A DNA stretch of 63,296 bases, counting the filler, from Atractiella rhizophila (taxonomy: Eukaryota), in NCBI GenBank assembly GCA_021432655.1. It is 5 parts of 5 records of this genome, joined end to end, with 100 filler letters (N's around TTAATTAATTAA, not from the genome) between each part and the next. Parts side by side here need not be neighbours in the genome. Positions count along the whole stretch, not along the records: positions 19,306 to 43,899 come from MU271787.1; 4 more parts are not named here. One strand, written 5' to 3'. Of the stretch, positions 26,201 to 35,676 are shown piece by piece. The stretch's first letter is position 1. Each line of letters begins with the position of its first letter. The translations under genes were made by a program, and so were the position numbers. The notes under the pieces are model-generated. The model was given only the letters and a program-made list of their open reading frames with translations. It did not search any database and had not been told where the DNA came from.

Positions 26201-28330
26201 AGAAGTCGATGGTGCTGTCTATTTTCGCGGAAAACTCTACATTGCCCGCGACGACGAAATTCGCCGCTCAATTTTGCAAGACCTGCACAATTCGCAAATC
26301 GCCGGTCATCCAGGGTAAAATCGACGACGGCTCTCGTGAAAAGGTACTACTGATGGCCAGGTTTGGCATATTACGTTCGCCGCTATGTCGGCGCCTGTCA
26401 CACTTGCCACCAAACGAAAAACTTTCCTTCCCCACCTGTCGGGTTTTTGCAACCAAATGACATTCCTACGCCTCGCTGGCAAATTGTCAGCATGGATTTG
26501 GTTGGACCACTCCCAGAATCTGGGGGGTCTGACACGATTTTTGTCATTGTTGACGGACTCTCAAAACGCACCCATCTCATCCTCACCCATTCGACAATGG
26601 ATGCAGAGGGCCTCGCAAGACTTTTTCACGATCACGTATGCAAGCTACATGGACTTTTTGATGTCGCAATTTTTGATTGGGGAAAAGAGTTTGTGTCTAA
26701 ATTCACATCCGCGCTTTTTCACCTATTGGGTATCAAAGGCTCACCATCGACAGCCTATCATCCACAAAGTGATGGCCAGACTGAACGTATGAACCAAGAA
26801 GTTGAGCAATATTTGTGCATTTTCTGCAATCACCTTCAAGATAATTGGGTAGAAGCACTTCCTAACGCAGAATTTGCACTCAACAATTGCGTCAGTTCGG
26901 CGACGGGCGTAACTCCATTTTCGCTCGATTGCGGTCAACATCCCCGCATGGCTTTTGAACCCATCTCCAACGAGGATGTTCCCGCGGCGGCACAATCCAT
27001 CAAAAAGATGCAAATCGCCGACCGGGAAGCACAAGCGGCACTCAAGCAAGCAGCAGATCTCATGGCAAAACATCATGACAGAAAATGCGCACCGGCGCCC
27101 AAATATCACGCCAGTAATTTCGTGTGGTCGAGCGCGAAAAACATCAAATCGACGAGACCTGTCAAAAAGTTGGACGACAAATGGCATGACCCCTTTCGCG
27201 TTTTGCAAGTTTTGGGTCCCCAAACTTGAGTTGCCATCCTTATGGAAGATACATCCAGTGTTCCATGTGGGCCTAATACGAAAAGTCAACGAAGACGCCA
27301 TCCCTGGCAGAGTCCAGTTGCCCAAACCACCCCTGGAATTGGTGAATGGAATTGAAGAATGGGAAGTAGAAAAAATTGTTGATGGAAAATGTTTCGGTAC
27401 CGGAAATAGAGTTTTCAAATATCATGTTCGATACAAAGGGTATTCACCATCTGAGGATGAGCGGATCAACATTGCAGATTTAGAAAATTCGCAGGATGCT
27501 ATAAAAGACCATCACACTGCACACCCTCTTGCAGTTCGTCCCGATTCCATACCAAACTCCGCCAAAAATCGCCCAAATGCGCGTTTTCTTAACCTTCGAC
27601 GAAAACGCGCTGAAGGGTCTTCCTCACTTTAAGGGGTCCAACACCCCTATATGCCTTGCCGGGTGAAATCGTAGTCTTTAATACTTAGGTCAAGGCAAGG
27701 CGCCGACTTGCCTGTTAGTGAGTCTATTCGTCGCCCGTCAAGACAAATGCTCATTGCGTTCTCGCACCATCACCAATGTCGTATTTACGAAAATTGCCCT
27801 CAATTGCGAGGCCCCCTCCCCCTCACTTTAAGAGGTCCTACTCCTCTACACACCTCGCTGGGTGAATCCCTAGTCACATTGTTGAACATAGGTCTAGGCG
27901 ACCAGTTTGTCGGTGGGTTACTCACCCCATTTTCACAAACGGTTGCTTACTGCACCAAAACAACACCAGTCAAACTTCAAAAATCCCTCAATTGCGAGGT
28001 ACACAACGACTTCCCCTCATCCTACACTCTGTTTTGGTTTTGACGATTATTGTTTCCTATTTTTGCTTTTACCTTTTGTTTCCCCATCCTTGTTCGCTCG
28101 ACAACACATTCTCCCGCAAAGACAGACCGGTGACGGGCACACAAATCGCCGACCCGTTATACTGCACGTTGTGTCCACGAGCGCGTGACCCAGGCCGGTT
28201 TGGTTGCGAGCTCCAAAATAAGCTTGGGTAGCTAGTGGGAGGAACACCTGAGGGTCCTCCCCTAGACAGGGGAGTGTGAGTCCTGCATCACCCACTTTGC
28301 CATTGTTCTCCTCACTCACTACGATCCCTT
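23287..28330 (+). mobile_element. Ty3/gypsy chromovirus, degenerate: gag C-half, protease, RT, RNase H, integrase, chromodomain, long 3' region
   Basis: Protease ALVDSAATTSFI and DMILGHDWLRHHNPEINW; RT KIDLRKGFNNV and YIDDILI; RNase H LEVDTSNFATGAVL; integrase SMDLVGPLP and TAYHPQSDGQTER; chromodomain EEWEVEKIVD..YHVRYKGYSPSEDE. Many stops and frameshifts. No 3' LTR found; right boundary approximate. Confidence 0.95.
27621..27900 (+). repeat. Degenerate ~75-bp direct repeat (period ~200) in the gypsy 3' region
   Basis: cctcactttaaggggtccaacaccc..gggtgaaatcgtagtc..taggtcaaggc (27622-27697) vs cctcactttaagaggtcctactcc..gggtgaatccctagtc..taggtctaggc (27821-27899). Confidence 0.65.
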
Positions 28331-28746
28331 TTGCCACTACGACAAATTTACAAAAAGTCGAAAAATGTATGAAGGAGGTGATGGAGTGGGTATCTCGAAA
28401 TTTTCGCTTATTGTGACCAAGATGGTGCCTAGTAAAGTTGTAGCGCAATGTTTCACGATCAAAATAAGCCATATAACATCCAAATTCGTCAAAGTTTGAG
28501 TTCAGGGTGGCAAAATGCGTTTTGAGGCAGGAAGTGGGTGGTGAGGTAATAGATTTCGATATTTCTTGATTTCTGAGTAAGCAGACACCTTCTGAGGTTG
28601 TAAAGGAAGGTCTGAGGATCACAGATCTGTCTTGATCATTGAAATTGAGCGAAATTTGAGTGCAGGAGGGTGAAAATGTGGTCTGGAGGAGGGGGAAGGT
28701 GATGGGTATGGCAAAGTGTAATCCTAGCCACCAGCTCTCGCTACCA

Positions 28747-28936
28747 TGTAAGGATCTGAGGCTAGGAAAGTTGGTGGTCAATAATGAGCACATTAGAGAA
28801 GTATAGAGAGACATTCCTAGGAGTAGGTGGTGGTCAATAATGAGCACCAACACTCCTAGGCAGAACTAAACTACATAGTGATGACTCATATGAGTCATAC
28901 GAGACAGATGACCAAAACAACACACTACAACTAACA
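28747..28936 (-). repeat. Copia family B LTR (190 bp) with both an upstream PPT and a downstream PBS
   Basis: On the minus strand: CCCAGGTGGGAG, then TGTTAG...CCTTACA, then TGGTAGCGAGAGCTGG; family B leader follows to ~28330. Confidence 0.9.
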
Positions 28937-29013
28937 CTCCCACCTGGGCAGCCGCCTCTTGAAGCTCCCACCAAATCCGAGAACCATCCAGAATAACCAT
29001 CCAATGAAGCTCC

Positions 29014-29203
29014 TGTAAGGATCTAAGGCTAGGAGTAGTTGGTGGTCAATAATGAGGCATTGATGAAGTATAGAGAGACATACCTAGGAGTAGTTGGTGG
29101 TCAATAATGAGCACCAACACTCCTAGGCAAAACTAAACTACATAGTGATGACTCATATGAGTCATAAGAGGCAGATGACCAAAACAACACACTACAACTA
29201 ACA
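29014..29203 (-). repeat. Copia family B 3' LTR (190 bp)
   Basis: Highly similar to 28747-28936; preceded by the same PPT and by RNase H coding sequence. Confidence 0.9.
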
Positions 29204-29399
29204 CTCCCACCTGGGCAGCTGTCTCTTGACGCTCCCACCACATCCAGAGAATCTCCCACCAAATTCGTACAATGTATCCTCCATATAAAGCAGAAAGCGT
29301 ATTAGTTTTGCAATGAAAAGAAGAGGGAAAGTCCTCGCACCGCTTAAAGCGGCGTCTTATAACCCCACAGAGGAGGAAAGGAATTTTTATTGCGCCCCA

Positions 29400-29867
29400 T
29401 AACTGCCTCAGACACTTGGGTAGGGGCGCAAACCCATCATAACTCGAAACTTGTCCGCACTAGCGACTGGAAATGCCTTGGTAAGGAGGTCCGCTGGCAT
29501 ATTGACCCCCAGACAGAAGACTGGACTGATCTTGCCCATATATCAACAACATCCCTGAGCCAATAAAAGCGAAGGTCCAGGTGTTTCATTCAACCATGGT
29601 GCTCAGGGTTCTTGGATACCTGGAGAGCACTGCTGCTATCTGTGAAGAGAGCTGTAGGACCTTGAGGAGCGAAGCCAATTTCTTCTAAAAGATTCCTTAG
29701 CCAGACGACTTCTTGGCCAGCTAAGACTCCTGAGACATATTCCGCTTCCGTAGTAGAAAGACCAACGAGGGATTGTAGTTTGCTGCTCCAACTGACCGCT
29801 CCGTTGCCTATCTTGAGGAGATAACCTCCGTTAGAATGTCCAGTATCCTTACACCCAGCAAAATCTG
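29400..29867 (-). mobile_element. Copia RNase H domain
   Basis: DFAGCKDTGHSNGGYLLKIGNGAVSWSSKLQSLVGLSTTEAEY..DSSSAL..KNPEHHG*MKHLDLRFYWLRD..MPADLLTKA. Confidence 0.92.
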
Positions 29868-29969
29868 TTGAACCTTGGGTATAAAGGGTTAATCTGCACT
29901 GTTGGGAATGACTGGTCATTTTAGTGCAATTGGCTAAATGCAGCAACCAGGTCTTCAAGAATTTATTCT

Positions 29970-31288
29970 ATGAGTAGAGGACGACCTGTCGACAGATTTA
30001 GGACCCCAGAAGCGCCTCAAAACAACGACGAAGGGTCAACAGACGAGCTTGGGATGTTGGTAAAGGAATGTGACATACTCACAGAGCCAGAGGCGATGGA
30101 ATATGGCTATGTGCTTGTCACAGAGCATGCCATGAGTGCAGCAACAGGAGTAGAGGTCCCTCAGTCATATTCAAGAGCGATGGCAAGCCCAAATGCAAAG
30201 GAATGGCATGAAGCGACAGTGAAGGAGATTCAATCTCACTTGGACAACAAGAGTTGGATTCTGGTCAAACCACCTAAAGGAGCAAAAATCGTTGGTTCTC
30301 GATGGGTGTTTGCGGTTAAGAAGAAGTCGGACGGTTCTATTGAGCGCTTCAAGGCCAGATTTGTCATCAAGGTGTTCTCTCAACGCCCTGGATTTGACTA
30401 CTTTGATACTTTCGCATTGACGGTCAAATGGGCGACACTTAGGACGACTCTTTCGCTCGCTTGTGTCTTGGACATGGAGTTGGAGTCAGTGGACATCTCT
30501 ACGGCATTCCTCAACGGCGATATGGATGCAGAAGTCTATGCACAACAACCAGAAGGTCATCCACAGGGTCCTCCAGAGTACATTCTCAAGCTAATCAAGG
30601 CCATCTATGGCACAAGGCAAGGAGGACGTCAATGGCAGAAGAAACTCGATAAGGAACTCGTTGATATGGGATTTAAGAAGATCAAGAGCGACTCTAGTCT
30701 GTGGATTTACTCGAAGGGGGACATCAAAGTACTTGTCCCAGTCTTTGTGGGTGACATTGCTATCGCTAGCACATCCAAGGGTGCTGTGGAGAACTTCAAG
30801 AGGGAGTTAGGGAAGTGATTCAAGCTCAGAGATCTTGGACCAACAGAATTCCTACTTGGGGTTCATATTAGGAGGGATAGAAAGCGAAGAATGATGTGGT
30901 TGGATCAAGAACAGTATGTCAAGGACCTTCTGGAACGCCAACAGATGGATGACTGCAACCCTGTCCTCACTCCTCTCAACGTTGGACACGGTCTCAGCAA
31001 GCAGGACTGCCCTCAGACAAAGGAAGAACAAGAAGAAATGCGCACAATCCCTTACAGCAACGTTGTTGGCTCCATGATGTACTTGGCCATCTCCACTCGT
31101 CCGGATATTGCTCACGCAGTCTCTGTCCTTGGAAAGTACCTCTCTAATCCTGGAAAGAAGCACTGGGAAGCGGCCAAGCATCTTCTGCGATACCTCAAAG
31201 GCACTCAGAACTTAGGAATTGAGTATTCTGCAGCTGGTTTCAACCTCAACCAACCTTTTCACGCCTTCTGTGATGCAGATTTTGCTGG
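29970..31288 (+). mobile_element. Copia reverse transcriptase segment, inverted relative to the flanking gag and RNase H
   Basis: SRWVFAVKKKSDGSIERFKARFV, VDISTAFLNG, LIKAIYGTRQGGRQW, VFVGDI (YVDD motif degenerate), VGSMMYLAISTRPDIA, ending at FCDADFAG; in-frame TGA at 30816-30818. Confidence 0.95.
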
Positions 31289-31363
31289 ATTTAGCCAATT
31301 GCACTAAAATGACCAGTCATTCCCAACAGTGCAGATTAACCCTTTATACCCAAGATTCAGCAG

Positions 31364-32430
31364 TTTCTGGACAATGGGAGACGAAGTGGCCCTTCCTGTG
31401 ACAGTAGTTGCACTCAGGTTGTGAAAAGACGCGAGTTCCACCTCTTCCTCCACCCCTACCACCTCTGGGACGCCATCCTCCTCGTCCTTTGTTGCTGCTG
31501 GATGCATGATTTGCCATTTGAGTGTTGGAGATGGCTTCCTCCGAGTTCTTGGTGGCTTGGATTGAGTAGAACGCTTGTTTGATCGATTGCAGGTCAGTGG
31601 AGGTCATAAGGGTGATGTTCTGGACAAAACTAGCGTATTCTGGGCCTAAGGAACACATGAGAGTGAAGGATTGGAGATCTTCCTTCAAATTGTCGAGGGA
31701 ATAGTCCTTGGAAAGTGTGTTGGTGAAGTCTAGAAGCAGCTGGTCGCTTCTGGCACACAGGGTGATCAGAGATTCGCTTTCCTTCTTCTGGAGGGCAAGG
31801 AGGGTGTTGAGGGCAGTGAAACGAGTTGAGGAGCGCTTCTGTTGGTGGATTTCTTGAAGGGTAGACCAGATCTTGACTGGATCTTGAAGGACAGAGACTA
31901 CATGGGCTTTCTGGGTCGCTTCTAGGCTAAGGAACAGGATCCCAGCCACTTTGGAGCTGTCCTTTTGCCACTGTTTTTGCTCCTTCAAATCTTCTGGTTT
32001 TGTCTCCACTCCAGAGACTATCTCCCATAACCCTTTCGCATTGCATATCAATACACCAGGTGCCATGGTTCTTCTCTCCAAGGGGGTAATCAACATTTCA
32101 CTTTCTTTTTTCAAACCGATTGGACAACAGATGGCTGAGTGATCAAAATTTTCAACCAAGTGGGTGGCAAAACTGATCTGTCCCCACCCACCTCTCTCGC
32201 TACCATGAGAGAATCTGATGCTGGATGGAGCTAGGGGACAGAAATTGGTGGTCAAAGATGATAGCATTGATAGGGAAACACATACCTAGGGGACAGGAAT
32301 TGGTGGTCAAAGCTGATGACCACCTGAACTGCCCCCCTAGGGGGTAAAGCTACGAAGTGAGCAAACACAACAAAGGTGGCTGACCACACAAACACAACAC
32401 CATGAAATATAACTAACACCTAATCCAACA
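31364..32430 (-). mobile_element. Copia family A copy 2: 5' LTR (32206-32430), PBS and gag with the start codon deleted; truncated after the zinc knuckle
   Basis: Near-identical to 21810-22570; a ~95 bp deletion removes the ATG present in copy 1; PBS TGGTAGCGAGAG. Confidence 0.92.
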
Positions 32431-32615
32431 TAAACAAGCTTTCTTTTCGATTCAGGCCACCAAGGAACTCAGAGGAAGCCATCTCAAACACCCAAATGGC
32501 GAATCAGGCATCCAGCAGCAACAGGGGATGTCCCGGAGGATGTGGGAGAGGGGCAAGGAATGGTGGGGGATCTGGGAGAAGGGATTGGTCATCTGTGGAG
32601 TGCTTCTCCTCAGAA
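32431..32615 (+). mobile_element. Short copia gag remnant
   Basis: KQAFFSIQATKELRGSHL / EEAISNTQMANQASSSNRG..GRG..SVECFS, similar to family A gag; bounded by LTRs on both sides. Confidence 0.7.
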
Positions 32616-32985
32616 TGTTAGTTGTAGTGTGTTGTTTTGGTCATCTGCCTCTTATGACTCATATGAGTCATCACTATGTAGTTTAGTTTTGCCTAGGAGC
32701 GTTGGTGCTCATTATTGACCACTGACTACTCCTAGGTATGTCTCTCTATACTTCATCAATGTCTCATTATTGACCACCAACTTTCCTAGCCTCAGATCCT
32801 TTCATGGTAGCGAGAGCTGGTGGCTAGGATTACACTTTGCCATACCCATCACCTTCCCCCTCCTCCAGACCACATTTTCACACCTCCTGCACTCAAATTT
32901 CGCTCAATTTCGATGATCAAGACAGATCTGTGATCCTCAGACATCCCTTTATCACCTCAGAAGGTGTCTGCTTACTCAGGAATCA
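32616..32985 (+). mobile_element. Copia family B 5' LTR (32616-32804), PBS and leader
   Basis: TGTTAG...TTTCA followed by TGGTAGCGAGAGCTGG; reverse complement of 28560-28936. Confidence 0.9.
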
Positions 32986-33723
32986 AGAAAAATAAGGGTT
33001 TCGTCATCAAAGTCAGCCTGATTTGCCGATTCTTCAAACTTGATGACGTAGGATTCCAGGTTCCCTTTTTGTTGGAGTGAAGACAATTTCGTCTGTGTAA
33101 TAAGCTTGTGGTCTGTTTTGCAGAAGCGCGATTTGAACTCCGACAAAAATTGTTCCCACAAAACTTGTTCCTCATTTTCGACAAGTCGGCGCAAAATCCC
33201 AGCGGCGAATTTTTCCGCGTCGCCTTCTTTCATGTAAGAGAGGGTACATAGGATTTTCGATTTTCGGTCGGGAATTGGCCTGGAACGGTAAAGGTATAGA
33301 CGTAAATTTCGCGTAAAAATGTCAGAGCTGTATTAGGCACTCATTTAAAGATTGAAGGTGGAGCAAGCTTGATACCTGCATATGGTGCTACTTGGGCAGT
33401 CTGAGGTATAGATGGAGGAGAGTAAGTTTGATGTATTGGGTCTGTTCGTGATAAAAAAGGAGAGGCGGTTCCACTGTCTCTAGGAGGGGGTAGTCTGGAG
33501 TCTAATAATTGCAAAATTCGGTTGTTTGTGCTTTGGACGTTGGACCTCAGTTGCACAATTTCGTTCGCATTCTGGGAGGTTTACATATTTTATTGGTTGA
33601 AACTTGTTATGAGGTCTTGTTCGAGATTTTGAACTGTTTTTCCGTTGTGAGGTGTAGAGTTTGGAACATTCTTTCTAAGTGCAAGATGCGTTCTTCACTA
33701 GTCGGCAATTCGCGCGTTTCCAT
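32985..33723 (-). mobile_element. Gypsy gag N-terminal half (degenerate)
   Basis: METRELPTSEERILHLE..IKLAPPSIF..KILCTLSYMKEGDAEKFA..WEQFLSEFKSRF..LSSLQQKGNLESYVIKFEE..DDETLIF, a retrotransposon gag pattern. Confidence 0.85.
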
Positions 33724-33831
33724 ATCTCCCCAAACCTCCAATATTTTTTAAGTTTTGCTGTTCTGAAAGGTAGAGAGAGTATTCTTCTGTTAGGGCTAAC
33801 ACTATGTGCGGTCGCCAACGGGCGATGCGTC

Positions 33832-34320
33832 TGTAGTGGAGGTAAACCTAAGAGAATAGTATGGCATGAGAAGACTAACCTGGAGTGGAGGTAAACCTAA
33901 GAGAATATTCTAATTACCACCACTACTTCTTGATGTATATATACATATGTAAAAGCACTGCCATAAACTGTAACGTATGCTTCTTGAAACATGTAAGGTA
34001 ACTAGTTCAGGAAAGCAATAAAGGGAATACTTGGAAATAAGAGATACTGAGCGGTACTAGAGAGAAAGGGTAGTAAGGCGAAAACGGGACGGCGCAGACC
34101 GGTGAAATGTGTAAGGTTTGCTGAGCGGCGATTCGTATGAGAAAGGGGAAATTGGCGAACAGCGCGGGCATGAGCAAAGCGGCAACAAGTAGACATACTT
34201 CCATGATGTGGTAAAGTGGGTCACGTGACTTCAGATGATGCATTTCGGTAATACATAGGGGCAAACCTGACATTTGCGCACCTCTTGATTGCAGCGTGTA
34301 CTTTGACAGGATGTCGTACA
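33832..34320 (-). repeat. Putative 5' LTR of the gypsy element (~489 bp)
   Basis: TGTA...TACA termini, ~110 bp upstream of the gag ATG; internal TATATA; CpG content drops sharply beyond 34320. No second copy in the window to confirm. Confidence 0.55.
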
Positions 34321-35607
34321 AAGGAAACAAGGATTTTTCTTACCTGCTCTTGTAGTTTGATTCTTTACCTATTGGCCTTGAACTCTACAAAAAAAAACAC
34401 AGCAATCACTTAAAAAGTGCACATTTAATGATGTTTTATATAAAGATACATTTCCCTTGATATTGCAAAGAGATCTACATGCTTTGTTGTGACCTTGCTG
34501 GAGAAAGTTACGTATATATTAGGTTATAATGAATCTGAATTATCTAAGATGTTGATGAAAATTCCTCATAGGGAGTACAAGTCGACTGCCGTACAACTTT
34601 CCTCTGGATCTCTCTCAATCTCAATGGTCTTCTTTCTATGAGCCATCCACAGCCACTATACCTTTGTAATGGTGGAGACAGACTGGGAATGAAGAGTGTT
34701 AGCTCAACTCTGCCATTAATTGTGTTTTGTTTTCCTTCTTTAATTCTGCGTCCATTCTTGTCTCTTGTTCACATTTCTTGTACAATTCCCTTTAAAACAC
34801 TGGTATTAATAATCATTTCTCATATATCATATGGTAGGGCACCCAGGTATGCTGGGTTTGCTTGGATTAGTTTTTATTTTCTGGTTGTTTTTTCAGTGCT
34901 TAGTTGTCTTAACAGTGGAGCCTCACCAGATATATCAAGTTAGTTCAACTTCCGACAAGCATCTCCTCTATTTCATGCTCCTTTGCACCATGAACTACCT
35001 TTCTGCTGGGTCATACAGACTCCTAGATTTCATACTTTCCCAAACTTATTAAAGGCACTCTGACTTCAACTAACAAGTTCTCTCATTGCTGTCTGTTTAC
35101 AGTGCTCCTCATGACATTAGCAGCAAACCATGCTCCTTTTCTAATTATTGCCGGTATGGCAGGGGACATCAACATCAAAAAGCACTTCTCATTGTCTCAC
35201 AGGATCCTAATTGACATAGAGTCTCAAGGATGGCAATGACCTTGTACAGAGAGCATGACCTTGAAGGGTTGGATGATATAAGGTGTTTCTGTTCCTGATG
35301 AATTCTGATTAACTTTGGAGGCATAAATGGGGGCGAAATAGTTACACAGTTTTCCACCTGTTATTGTATTGAGGTATGGTGATTTCCATTATATTTGTTG
35401 TCTTTTATTGTTCTCCATCAATTGGTGTTTTGTGAACAAAAGTACTGCCATTATAATGCAAAATAATCATTAGAAAATAATGCATTACCTTTATCTTATA
35501 GACAATTTTTTTGAAAGTAGAGGCATTACATTATACTGTGCCAAAAAAGCATTATTTTGCATTAAAAAAGTAATGATTAACATTATAATGTAATGTGCTC
35601 AGCCCTG
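34321..35607 (+). mobile_element. Decayed hAT-like DNA transposon, right end
   Basis: Ends ..GCTCAGCCCTG (CAGGGCTG-type TIR) after a dense array of CATTA/TAATG subterminal repeats (35447-35595). FLIIAGMAGDI..KHFSLSHRILID at ~35137-35217 resembles a deleted hAT dimerisation motif. Strongly CpG-depleted. Confidence 0.6.
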
Positions 35608-35676
35608 CTAGGCACTTTGAATTGTGCCAGCAGTTGAGCATGACTCACATTAGGCCGGCGACTTTCAACAATCAAC

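Noticed and set aside
26741..27418. 225-aa minus-strand ORF
   Set aside because: Antisense to the gypsy integrase/chromodomain region.
28047..28853. 268-aa minus-strand ORF
   Set aside because: Runs through an LTR, PBS, copia leader and gypsy 3' region; a chance frame across element junctions.
28747..29203. Regularly spaced TGGTGGTCAATAATGAG repeats resembling a CRISPR array
   Set aside because: These are internal units of LTRs, the spacers are themselves repeated, the host is eukaryotic and no cas genes are present.
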